A stretch of DNA of 40,012 nucleotides. It comes from Corallococcus sp. CA041A (lineage in GTDB: Bacteria > Myxococcota > Myxococcia > Myxococcales > Myxococcaceae). Below, in pieces: positions 26,733 through 35,808 of this stretch. A program made the position numbers and the translations under genes. The notes beneath the pieces are model-generated. The model was not told where the DNA came from and did no database searches. It worked only from the letters and a program-made list of their open reading frames with translations. Within the stretch, counting starts at the first letter, position 1; the number at the start of each line of letters is the position of its first letter. The DNA lies in the NCBI RefSeq assembly GCF_003612075.1, contig NZ_RAWF01000059.1, positions 1 through 40,012 on the forward strand, written 5' to 3'.

Positions 26733-27749
26733 ATGAGCAACCCCGAAGGGGCGGTCCGGAAGAGCGGTGCACGGTGGCTCGGCATGGGGGCCCTGGCGGC
26801 CCTCGCGCTGGCCGTGGTGGCGCCGGGATGCAGCAGCGACGAGTGCGTGGATGCGTTCGACTGCCGCGATGAGGGCGCGGCCCCCAAGGGCAAGGCATGG
26901 ACCTGCAACGCGGACAGGAAGTGCGAGCAGCGCACCCTGACTCCGGCCGAAGAGCCTGAGACGGACGCGGGCACGGGCGGTGAGACGGACGCGGGCACCA
27001 CCACTGACGCCGGGACGACCACCGACGCGGGCACCACCACCGACGCGGGCACGGAGACGGACGCGGGCACTCCTCCCGCGGATGGCGGCGCGGAGCTGTG
27101 CCGCAACGCCGTGGCCTGCACGGAGCAGAGCATCGACAAGCTCCGGCTCCGCACGGTCGTCTCCGACGGCGGCGTGATCGAAGAGGGCACGACGGCGGGC
27201 GAGCACCTCACGTACCTGGATGGCCGCGGGGGTGGCACGGCGGTGCCGGACTCGTACACCTACGCGCGCTTCACGGCGACGGGGCTGGAGAAGGTCTACA
27301 TCGATGACCAGTCCTCGCTGGATTCGACCGCGTGGGACGTCGCGGTGCGCCGGTACGTCGTCCGCTTCAACAGCGGCGTGTCCGGCCCGTCGTGCGTGAC
27401 CGTGGCTCAGACGGCGGACGGCACGACGTTCGAGTCGGTGACCTCCGTGCCCACGGATGCGCAGTTCGTGGCGGAGAACTACTACACGCCCGACACCTGC
27501 ACGTTCACCGGGGACTCGTTTGGCCTTCAGAGCCCGGCGACCCAGACCCTCTCGTACTGGGACTACGCTTCCTGCCTGCAGATGACGAACAAGGTCTACC
27601 TGGTCCAGCTGGCGGACGGCCGTCACGTGAAGCTGCAGGTCAAGGACTTCTATGAGCCCGCGATCCAGGAGGAGTGCAACACGACGGGCAAGGTGAGCTC
27701 GACGGCCAGCGCCGGGTCGATCCGCCTGCGGTGGTCCTTCCTGCCGTGA
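26733..27749 (+). CDS. secreted (lipo)protein with Thr/Asp/Ala/Gly (TDAGT) repeats and a Cys-containing C-terminal beta-rich domain
   Basis: ATG at 26733 with an AAGG RBS (the GTG at 26724 is an alternative). It has a signal peptide ending ...LALAVVAPGCSS. A Cys-rich spacer precedes ETDAGTGGETDAGTTTDAGTTTDAGTTTDAGTETDAGT. The stop overlaps the next gene's start (TGATG). Confidence 0.6.
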   Translation: MSNPEGAVRKSGARWLGMGALAALALAVVAPGCSSDECVDAFDCRDEGAAPKGKAWTCNADRKCEQRTLTPAEEPETDAGTGGETDAGTTTDAGTTTDAGTTTDAGTETDAGTPPADGGAELCRNAVACTEQSIDKLRLRTVVSDGGVIEEGTTAGEHLTYLDGRGGGTAVPDSYTYARFTATGLEKVYIDDQSSLDSTAWDVAVRRYVVRFNSGVSGPSCVTVAQTADGTTFESVTSVPTDAQFVAENYYTPDTCTFTGDSFGLQSPATQTLSYWDYASCLQMTNKVYLVQLADGRHVKLQVKDFYEPAIQEECNTTGKVSSTASAGSIRLRWSFLP

Positions 27750-29329
27750 TGACCCCCGGGGTTCCCACGCTGCTCCTGCTGCTGGCCGGCGCGGGAACCC
27801 CGCGCGGCCTCCCGCACGAGCGGGAGGCCGTACAGAAGCGGGTCGCCGAGTCCGGGCGGCCCACCTCGCCTGGCGCGCAGGCGCCGCGCTATGAGCCCGA
27901 GGACACGGTGGAGTCCGTCGTGTCGCCGGGCGGGCGCTTCCGCATCCACTTCACCCGCCAGGGCACGCACGCCGTGCCGCCAGCGGACGCGGATGGCACC
28001 GGCGTGCCCGACTTCGTGGAGCTCGTCGGGCGCACCTACGAACACGTGGCGACGTTCTACGTGGACCTGGGCTTCCGCCTGCCGCCCGACGACACGAATC
28101 CGGCCGGGGACGACGGCGGCGACGGCCGCTTCGACGTGTACCTGGTGGACTTCGCGAGGATTGGCGACGGCGCCTTCCGGCAGGAGACCTGCCTGGAGGG
28201 CGTCACGCGCTGCACGGGCTTCATGCTCCAGGAGAACGACTTCACGGGCTACAACTACCCGTCCGACGCAGAGGCCGTGGAGATCCTGGCCAGCCACGAG
28301 TTCTTCCACGCGGTGCAGGCCGCCTACCGGCCCGACCTGGGCGGCGTCGCCTCCGAGGGCACCGCCGTCTGGGCCACCGAGCGCTTCGAGCCCGCGCTCG
28401 ACGACCTGGAGCACTTCACCCGCGGCTACATGCTGACTCCGGACAGCACGCTGGTGCTGGACCCCGCGGGGCCCGGCGTGACCTTCATCTACGGCGCGGG
28501 GCTCTTCTTCCAGTTCGTGGGCGAGCGCTACGGTGACGGCGCGCTCGTCGCGCTGCTGGAGGAGTCCGTGCGCCAGCCGGAGGCCCGCTGGCCGGTGCTG
28601 CTGGACACCTGTCTGCGCCGCGACTTCGCCTCCAGCTTCGACGCGGCCTTCGCCCAATTCGCCACCTGGAACCTGGGCACCGGCCCGCGCGCGACGCCGG
28701 GGTTCGGCTACGCGCGAGGGGAGGGCTATGCACCGGTGGCGAAGACGGCGGCGGAGCTCCCCACCACGAACGACCGCGTGCGCGTCGCGGCGGCGGCCTC
28801 GCGGATCTTCGAGCTCCCCGGCGGCGCTTCCTTCGTGGGCGCCTCGTTCGAGCCCGAGCCGGGCATCGACCCGGCCACGGTGCACCTGGTCATCGCGGCC
28901 GTCACGGATGACGCCGTGCTGCGGGTGGCGACCGTGGACGGGCCGGACGCCCTGCGCGCCCAGGTGGCCGCGGATGACGCCACGCGCGTGATGGTGGCGG
29001 TCGTGGACGGCCGGATGGAAGGCCTGGGCCGCTATGGCCGGCTGTGCATCGCGGCCACCGGCCAGGCCGCGTCCTGCGCGCCGCTCGAGTCGATGGACGC
29101 GGGCACGGACGCCGGATCCGACTCTGGGACGCCCGATGCCGGCGCGGACGCGGGCACCTCCGATGCGGGGACCGTGGACGCGGGCAGGCCCGTGGATCCC
29201 ATCGATGATCCGCGCACGCCCTCGGATGACGGTGGCTGCCAGGCCGCGGGTGGCCCCCTGTCCGGTGCGCTCGTCGCGCTGCTGCTCGGCGGGGGCCTGC
29301 GGGCCCGGCGGCGTTCACGGGCGCGTTAG
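27749..29329 (+). CDS. secreted HExxH zinc-metallopeptidase-like protein with TDAG-type repeats and a MYXO-CTERM sorting signal
   Basis: Translationally coupled to the upstream gene. It has a signal peptide (MTPGVPTLLLLLAGAG) and HEFFHAVQ. The C-terminus is SDSGTPDAGADAGTSDAGTVDAG...DDGGCQAAGGPLSGALVALLLGGGLRARRRSRAR (GC motif, hydrophobic helix, Arg cluster). Confidence 0.65.
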   Translation: MTPGVPTLLLLLAGAGTPRGLPHEREAVQKRVAESGRPTSPGAQAPRYEPEDTVESVVSPGGRFRIHFTRQGTHAVPPADADGTGVPDFVELVGRTYEHVATFYVDLGFRLPPDDTNPAGDDGGDGRFDVYLVDFARIGDGAFRQETCLEGVTRCTGFMLQENDFTGYNYPSDAEAVEILASHEFFHAVQAAYRPDLGGVASEGTAVWATERFEPALDDLEHFTRGYMLTPDSTLVLDPAGPGVTFIYGAGLFFQFVGERYGDGALVALLEESVRQPEARWPVLLDTCLRRDFASSFDAAFAQFATWNLGTGPRATPGFGYARGEGYAPVAKTAAELPTTNDRVRVAAAASRIFELPGGASFVGASFEPEPGIDPATVHLVIAAVTDDAVLRVATVDGPDALRAQVAADDATRVMVAVVDGRMEGLGRYGRLCIAATGQAASCAPLESMDAGTDAGSDSGTPDAGADAGTSDAGTVDAGRPVDPIDDPRTPSDDGGCQAAGGPLSGALVALLLGGGLRARRRSRAR

Positions 29330-30360
29330 CGCTCGAACTCGTCGCACCCCGTCTCCTGCTTGGGCGGGAAGGCGGACTTCTTCTCCTGGCGCACGTAGTC
29401 GTGGCTCTGGGAGAAGAGGTCCGGGCTGCTCACGGTCACGGTGCCCTTCGCGGCGTCGGCCGTCTTCCACTGGAGCGCCTCCGGCTTGCCGTCCGCGGCC
29501 GTGAGCCCCAGCACCCAGGCCCCGGCGCCCTTGCCGGCCTCCACGGACGTCACCTTCATCGTCGTGGCCTCCTGGCCCAGCTGCACCTCCACCTCGCCCG
29601 TCGCGGGCTTGACGGTGAAGCTGCGCGTCGCGGCCGAGCAGGGCTTGAGCACCACGAAGCCCTTGCCCTGACGCGTCAGCTCCACCCACGTCCCCGCGAA
29701 CGGCTGGAGCTTGTCCGCGGCCACGGGAGCCTTCGCGGCCGTGGGCGCTGACTCCGACGCGCAGTCCAGGTCCTCGCGCTTGAGCAGCCCCGCCGTGGCC
29801 TTCTGGGGCCCCTGGAAGCGCGCGGCGAGGAAGTCCGGCTCCACCGGGTCGACGTAGGCCTCCACCGCGTCCCCGGACACCACGAACGCCTTGCGCGGCG
29901 TGTTGGCCGCGTCAGACGCGTGGAAGACCGCCTTGGACACCTTCACCTTGCAGATGCTCAGCGGCTTGGAGGTGCTCCGGGCGAACGTGTCCTTGCCTGA
30001 ATAGCCGGCGCCGCAACAGGACGGTGACGGACCCGACTCCAGGACGAATTGCTTGGGATTGACGCGCAGCGTCCAGGCGTCTTCCTCACCCGTCTGATGA
30101 AGTGACCAATTCGTGGCTGTCTTCTTCTGGACGACCAGGGCGCAATCGCAGGTGCCCGCGCTGCTGCCCTGCGGGAACGAGCCCGCGAAGTGCACGAGCG
30201 TCTCGTTGCTGCCCTCGACGATGGCGAGCGTCCCGCTCTTGTTCGAATAGACCCCCGTGAGTCCCTCGGACCCCTGAGCCGAGGCGTCCGGGACCGCGCT
30301 CGTGACGCAAATGGCAAACAGCAATGCCAAATTTTTGAATTCCGGTTGGATCCTGGACAT
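29326..30360 (-). CDS. secreted hypothetical protein (signal peptide, several Cys pairs)
   Basis: 344 aa. The N-terminus MSRIQPEFKNLALLFAICVTSAVPDASAQ is encoded by unusually AT-rich codons. The rest has normal GC3. It is convergent with the metalloprotease gene and overlaps it by 4 nt. Confidence 0.55.
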   Translation of the reverse strand: MSRIQPEFKNLALLFAICVTSAVPDASAQGSEGLTGVYSNKSGTLAIVEGSNETLVHFAGSFPQGSSAGTCDCALVVQKKTATNWSLHQTGEEDAWTLRVNPKQFVLESGPSPSCCGAGYSGKDTFARSTSKPLSICKVKVSKAVFHASDAANTPRKAFVVSGDAVEAYVDPVEPDFLAARFQGPQKATAGLLKREDLDCASESAPTAAKAPVAADKLQPFAGTWVELTRQGKGFVVLKPCSAATRSFTVKPATGEVEVQLGQEATTMKVTSVEAGKGAGAWVLGLTAADGKPEALQWKTADAAKGTVTVSSPDLFSQSHDYVRQEKKSAFPPKQETGCDEFER

Positions 30361-30554
30361 CGGACTGGTCCTCCTGGGCAGGTTCTTCAGTCTCAGCGGA
30401 TCGATCTGCTGAAGCTGAAGTTGCTGGAATCACTGGTTTCACACGATTGTGACTGGGAATGCGAAACTGATCGCATTGCCTTTCGATAATCCGGGCAATC
30501 CAAGCACGTCCGCGGCGCCTTTGGTCGCGGCCAGACATAGAGGGGTCTTCTCCG

Positions 30555-32167
30555 TGACCGTCTCCAACATCCGCGTCAATTCGGGCGACACGCTTTCCGG
30601 CCTCGCGAAGCGCTACAACACGACCGTTGACGCGCTGGCCAAGGCGAACAACATCAAGGATCCGAACAAGATCCTGGCCGGCCAGACGCTGAAGGTGCAG
30701 GACGGTTTCGACACGAAGGGCACCAACAAGTCGAGCGCGGGGACGAAGACGTCGGGCGACAGCTTCACGCAGTCCACGGACGGCGCGAAGACGACCACGC
30801 CCGCCGCGAACACGAACTCCAGCAGCGCGACCAACGGGGAGCTGGGCGGGCTGAGCCGCAAGTACGAGGCTCGCGGCCCCGGCACCGTGTCCACGGGCAA
30901 GGGTGACAAGGGCGGCGTGTCCTACGGCTCCTACCAGTTCGCCTCCGCGAACGGGTCCGCGCAGTCGTTCGTCAACTCGCTGAAGAAGACGAACCCGGAG
31001 TTCCACAAGGCGCTGTCGGGCAGCAAGCCGGGCACCGCGGAGTTCTCCGCCGCGTGGAAGCAGCTGGCCGCGAAGGACCCGAAGGGCTTCGACAAGGCGC
31101 AGCACGACTACATCAAGACCACGCACTACGACGCGGGCGCCGCCAACATCAAGAAGGCGACGGGCATCGACCTGGACAAGCGCTCCGCGGCGCTGCGGGA
31201 CGTGGCCTGGTCCACCTCCGTGCAGCACGGCCCGGGCAAGGCGGACGACATCTTCAAGAAGGCGCTCAACGGTCGCGACCCCGCGAAGGTGAGCGACGAG
31301 CAGCTCATCAAGGACATCTACGCCGAGCGCGGCCGCACCAACGCCAGCGGCACCCTGGTGCACTTCTCCGGCAGCTCCAAGGACGTGCAGAAGGGCGTGG
31401 CCAACCGCTTCAAGTCGGAGGCGAAGGACGCCCTCGCGATGCTGAAGCAGGAGAAGTCGGGCACCACGACCAAGCCGGCCAACACCAACACGGGCGTGGT
31501 TCCCCCGTCCGTGAACAACGGCTCGAAGCCGGGCACCACGGAAGGCAAGCCCACGACGCAGGGCACGAACACCTCCAAGCCCACCACGGAGGCGGCCCCC
31601 GCGAACACGGAGCAGGTGGCCCCGTCCAAGGACAAGCCGGCGGTGCACGTGAAGGTGCCGTACTACAGCCAGTTCGAGAACGGCCACGGCTACACCGCGA
31701 GCGACACGGCGTGCTTCAAGGCCGCGACGGCGATGGCGCGTGACTCCGGCGCGACCGTGCTGGGCCCCGACCGCCGCATCCAGGTGGGCAAGAGCGAGAA
31801 CGGCGTCGGCGCGCTCAACGTGGACTCGAAGAAGGCCGCCGAGGGCCGCAGCTACATCGACAAGCAGCTGGAGGCCGGCAAGCCGGTGGTCGTGGGCGTG
31901 AGCCACAAGGACGCGAGCTACAACGCGGACGGCCTCACGGACCACTTCGTGACCATCACGGGCCGCGGCGTCGACGACAAGGGCCGCACCTACTACACGT
32001 TCCACGACCCGGGCACGAAGAACGCCAGCACGGGCAAGGACACGAACCCGAACAACCGCTTCTACGTGGATGACAAGACCGGGAACATGTACCGCCCCGG
32101 CAAGGCCGCGAACGGCTACGTGACCGAGCGCCACTACGACGTGGCCATGGTGCGCATCAACAAGTAG
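30555..32167 (+). CDS. LysM domain / central unknown domain / C-terminal C39-like (papain-fold) cysteine peptidase; no signal peptide
   Basis: GTG at 30555 with AGAGGGG 9 nt upstream (the ATG at 30449 is an alternative). LysM: [43 protein letters not shown]. An Ala/Thr/Lys-rich linker follows. The C-terminus has [24 protein letters not shown]...DHFVTITG...HDPG (C39_2-like Cys/His). Confidence 0.6.
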
Positions 32168-32270
32168 CCCCGGCGGCGAAAGCCCCCGGAAGTGATTCGG
32201 CCCGGCGACCTCGTGAAGAGGTCGACCGGGCCGTTATGCGTCATCCGTCTGGGATTCGAAGCGACGGGTC

Positions 32271-33866
32271 CTACGCCTGCGCCGCCTCGCGCCTCGCGGG
32301 CACCTCGCCGCGCAGCTCCGCGACCTCGGCGCGCAGGAGCCAGTCGGTGGGGAAGTCCGTGGACGCGCGGGCGATCTGCTCCAGCCGCTCGGCGGCCAGC
32401 TGTCCCGTCTCGCGGATGCGGCGCACCTCCGTGTAGAGGGCGGCCAGCGACGGGGGCAGGGCCTGCGCCTTGCGCTCGCGCGCCTGGGCCTCGCCGTCGC
32501 CCGCGGTGAAGGCGTCCATCTCCCCGAACCACTCGTCCCACGTGCCCGGGTCGGCGGGGCCGCCCGCCACGGACGGCAGCCGCTCCGTCAGGTACAGGCG
32601 CGCCATGGACGGCAGCGTCAGCTCTTGTCCGGCCAGCGTGCCGCGCAGGGCAATCACTTCTCCGCCGCCCACCGCGAAGCCCTCCAGCACCAGCCCGCTG
32701 TCGAGCGTGAGCGTGAAGTTCCCGCGCTCCGGCAGGGTGCCCTGGCCAAAGGCGACCAGCGCCGCGCCGCTGAACGGCTTGTCCAGGGCGTGCCCGTTCA
32801 TGGACGTGAGGATGGGGCCCTCCAACCGGGCCAGCGCGGTGGACAGGCCCGGGGCCACGTCCTTCGCGGCGGGCAGCAGCTCCACCACCTTGCCCGTCAC
32901 CTCGCGGCCGTCCGCGAGCACCAGGTGGTTGACCGTGCGCGCGCGCAGCGCCTCGTTCAGGCCGAGGTCTCCGCCGCGCTTCCACGCGAGCGTGGACTCG
33001 AACTCGGACAGGACTTCGAAGAGGTGCTCGAAGTCGCGCGCCACGAAGAGCTGCGGCTGCATGCGGGTGATGTCGTAGTCCGTGTCCGCGCACGCCACGC
33101 CCAGGGGCAGCTTGTGCACGGCGGACGTCAGGCAGTGCCGGGCCTCGCCGATGCTGGACAGCAGGCCCGCGCCGTAGATGCGCGGGTGCTTCAGGTCGCC
33201 AATCAGTCCGTACTCCGCGGTCCACCAGTACAGGCGGCTCGCGCGGGTGCTCTCGCTGATGTAGCGGTGGCTGGCGTTGGCGGCCTCCAGGCGGGCCTGG
33301 GCGTGGGCGATCTCCTCCTCCGTCGCGGTGGGGTCCTCCTTCACCACGGAGAGGTTGCGGATGGCCTCGAAGACGGCCTGGTCCTCCACGCTGGCGATGG
33401 CCTTGAAGCCCACCAGCCCCACGGCCTTGAGGTACTGGGCATAGCGCGCGTTCGCGATGATGGGCGCGTGGCCCGCGCTCTCATGGACGATGTCCGGCGC
33501 GGGCGTGTACTGGATGTGCTCGTGCGTGCGGATGTCCGCCGCGATGGCCAGCACGCCCAGCGCCTGCAGCTCCGTGAAGACGGCCGGCGGGATGAAGCCG
33601 CGCACCGCCACGCAGGACCAGCCCAGCTGGGACAGCTTCTCGTTCATCTCGTCCAGGCTGGGGATGGCCTCCGCGCCAATGCCCGTGGCCTCCAGGCCCT
33701 CCAGGTAGACGGGGTGCGCCTTGTCGCTCAGGTGCTCGCGCAGCTGCCCCAGGATGTGCCGCCACACCGCCTGATCCCTGGGCGTGTACGCCGCGTAGTC
33801 CTGGCCCACCACGTAGCGGCGCAGGTGGGCGGGAAGGCGGGCAATGGTCCGTTCCGTGGGCGTCAT
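32271..33866 (-). CDS. phhA: biopterin-dependent aromatic amino-acid hydroxylase (phenylalanine-4-hydroxylase-like) with a roughly 240-aa C-terminal extension
   Basis: Start at MTPTERTIARLPAHLRRYV. The iron-binding motif PDIVHESAGHAPII is present, along with conserved YWWTAEYGLIG...IYGAGLLSSIGE. Bacterial PAH is usually about 260-300 aa, whereas this one is 531 aa. Confidence 0.8.
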   Translation of the reverse strand: MTPTERTIARLPAHLRRYVVGQDYAAYTPRDQAVWRHILGQLREHLSDKAHPVYLEGLEATGIGAEAIPSLDEMNEKLSQLGWSCVAVRGFIPPAVFTELQALGVLAIAADIRTHEHIQYTPAPDIVHESAGHAPIIANARYAQYLKAVGLVGFKAIASVEDQAVFEAIRNLSVVKEDPTATEEEIAHAQARLEAANASHRYISESTRASRLYWWTAEYGLIGDLKHPRIYGAGLLSSIGEARHCLTSAVHKLPLGVACADTDYDITRMQPQLFVARDFEHLFEVLSEFESTLAWKRGGDLGLNEALRARTVNHLVLADGREVTGKVVELLPAAKDVAPGLSTALARLEGPILTSMNGHALDKPFSGAALVAFGQGTLPERGNFTLTLDSGLVLEGFAVGGGEVIALRGTLAGQELTLPSMARLYLTERLPSVAGGPADPGTWDEWFGEMDAFTAGDGEAQARERKAQALPPSLAALYTEVRRIRETGQLAAERLEQIARASTDFPTDWLLRAEVAELRGEVPARREAAQA

Positions 33867-33959
33867 CGCGAGCGGCTCCTTCAGGAGATGCAGGACTCCT
33901 GAAGAATACGCACCCCACTGCAAGACGGAAATCCGGCAGAATTCGACGTCTTCGTCGGA

Positions 33960-34880
33960 TTATCGCCGTTTGTTCAGGCGGCGACGCAGCCCGTCAAGGA
34001 TGGATTGGACGGCGGGGCTGAGGCCTCCGGAGGGCCAGACGGCCACCACCTCCACGACCTGGGGCTCCTGTTCGCGCAGGGGCCAGACGTGGAGGTCCGA
34101 GGGGAAGGGCTGGGTGGGGCGTACGTCCGGGGCGATGGTGCAGGCCTTGTAGGCGCGCAGCAGCTCGTAGAGGTGGAGGAAGCTCTCCACCCGGCCGACC
34201 TCGGTGACGGACACGCCGTGCGCTGCGAAGCGCGCGCTGTTGGCGCCGCCGTAGGGGTCGTCCCGCAGCCAGTCCACGAAGCGCTGGCCCTGGAGGTCCT
34301 TCACGTCCAGGGTGCGGCGGGAGGCGTGCGCCTTCGCGAGCGGGGAGTCGGGGCCCGCGATGACCGCGAAGGACATGCGCAGCAGGGACTCTGTGTCCAC
34401 GCCCTCGTGCGGGGGCAGGGGTGTGAAGTCGAGCGCCAGGTCCTGCTGCCGCGTCTGCACCTGGCGCATGAGCTCGTGCGAGCCGCCGAAGCCCACCACC
34501 AGCTTGAGGTCGGCGGCGGCGGCGTCCTGCGCGATGCCACCCAGCAGCGACATGGACAGCGTGGGGTTGAGGCCCAGGCGCAGGGTGGGCTCCACGCGGG
34601 CCAGGTCCATCAGCCGCTTCACGTCCAGCTGGTGAAGCGGCGTCTGGGTGCCCGCGTAGAGGCGCTCTCCTCGCGCGGACAGTTGCAGGCGCCGGCCCGG
34701 CCCCCGCTCCAGCAGGGCGGCGCCATCCGCGAGCGCTTCCTCCAGGGCGCGGATGTGCTCGCTCACGACGGAGCGGGCGACGCCCAGGTGCTCCGCGGCG
34801 GCGTCGATGCTGCCTGCCTCCACGGCGGCGGTGAAGGACTCGAGCCAGACCAGGTGTCGCTGGAGCTTGCGCGGGGGCAT
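33960..34880 (-). CDS. LysR-family transcriptional regulator
   Basis: N-terminal HTH (LVWLESFTAAVEAGSIDAAAEHLGVARSVVSEHIRALEEAL) and a LysR substrate-binding fold. Confidence 0.85.
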   Translation of the reverse strand: MPPRKLQRHLVWLESFTAAVEAGSIDAAAEHLGVARSVVSEHIRALEEALADGAALLERGPGRRLQLSARGERLYAGTQTPLHQLDVKRLMDLARVEPTLRLGLNPTLSMSLLGGIAQDAAAADLKLVVGFGGSHELMRQVQTRQQDLALDFTPLPPHEGVDTESLLRMSFAVIAGPDSPLAKAHASRRTLDVKDLQGQRFVDWLRDDPYGGANSARFAAHGVSVTEVGRVESFLHLYELLRAYKACTIAPDVRPTQPFPSDLHVWPLREQEPQVVEVVAVWPSGGLSPAVQSILDGLRRRLNKRR

Positions 34881-34894
34881 GGGGCCAAGACGCG

Positions 34895-35716
34895 CTAGAG
34901 GAAGAAGTCGGGCAGCAGCTCCGCGCCGGGGACGGACTGGTACTTGTCCAGGTTGGTGACGCCGGCGGCGCGCAGCACTTCATCGTCGATGCAGAAGTTG
35001 CCGGTGAAGGAGCGGCTGGGCTTGGTGAGGATGGTGTACGCGGCGTCGGCCATGATCTCCGGCGTGCGGCTGCCCTTGATGGTGTCGTCGCCGCCCAGCA
35101 GGTTCTGCACGGCGGCGGTGGCGATGACGGTGCGGGGCCACAGCGTGTTGACGGCGATGCCGTCGTCCTTGAGCTCCTCCGCCATGCCCAGCGCGCACAG
35201 GCTCATGCCGTACTTCGCGATGGTGTAGGCCACGTGGGGGCCGAACCAGCGCGGCTCCATGTTGAGCGGCGGCGAGTTGTTGAGGATGTGCGGGTTGGAG
35301 GACTTCTTGAGGTACGGGATGCACGCCTGCGAGCACGCGAAGGTGCCGCGCGTGTTGATGCCGTGCATCAGGTCGAAGCGCTTGAGCGGCGTCTCCAGGG
35401 TGCCGGTGAGGCTGATGGCGCTGGCGTTGTTCACCAGGATGTCGATGCCGCCGAAGGTCTCCACGGCCTTGGCGACGGCGGCGTGGATCTGCGCCTCGTC
35501 GCGGATGTCCACCACGCAGGGGAGGGCCTTGCCGCCGGCCTCTTCAATCTCCTTCGCCGCCGTGTAGATGGTGCCGGGCAGCTTGGGGTGCGGGTCCGTG
35601 GTTTTCGCGGCGATGACGATGTTTGCGCCGTCGCGGGCCGCACGCAGCGCGATGGCCTTGCCGATGCCGCGGCTGGCGCCGGTGATGAAGAGGGTCTTGC
35701 CTTGGAGGTTGGACAT
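34895..35716 (-). CDS. SDR-family oxidoreductase (HSDL2-like short-chain dehydrogenase)
   Basis: Start MSNLQGKTLFITGASRGIGKAIA (the TGxxxGIG cofactor motif) with an AGGA RBS. The catalytic YxxxK (YTIAKYG) and NNAS are present. Confidence 0.85.
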   Translation of the reverse strand: MSNLQGKTLFITGASRGIGKAIALRAARDGANIVIAAKTTDPHPKLPGTIYTAAKEIEEAGGKALPCVVDIRDEAQIHAAVAKAVETFGGIDILVNNASAISLTGTLETPLKRFDLMHGINTRGTFACSQACIPYLKKSSNPHILNNSPPLNMEPRWFGPHVAYTIAKYGMSLCALGMAEELKDDGIAVNTLWPRTVIATAAVQNLLGGDDTIKGSRTPEIMADAAYTILTKPSRSFTGNFCIDDEVLRAAGVTNLDKYQSVPGAELLPDFFL

Positions 35717-35808
35717 GGGCCGCATCCTGACCCACTCCACCGCCGCGTGCATCTGGAAGACACCCGGTGGACCGGGGCCGCGAGGAGCCCCGGTCCCCGG
35801 ACTGTCGG

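Noticed and set aside
30086-32134. 682-aa minus-strand ORF opposite the LysM/C39 gene
   Set aside because: The plus-strand product has two recognisable domains. The minus-strand translation is an RAGV-rich artefact.
32625-33902. 425-aa plus-strand ORF opposite the phhA-like gene, and the 36789-38285 minus ORF opposite pepN
   Set aside because: Both are antisense to genes with catalytic motifs and have a low-complexity composition.
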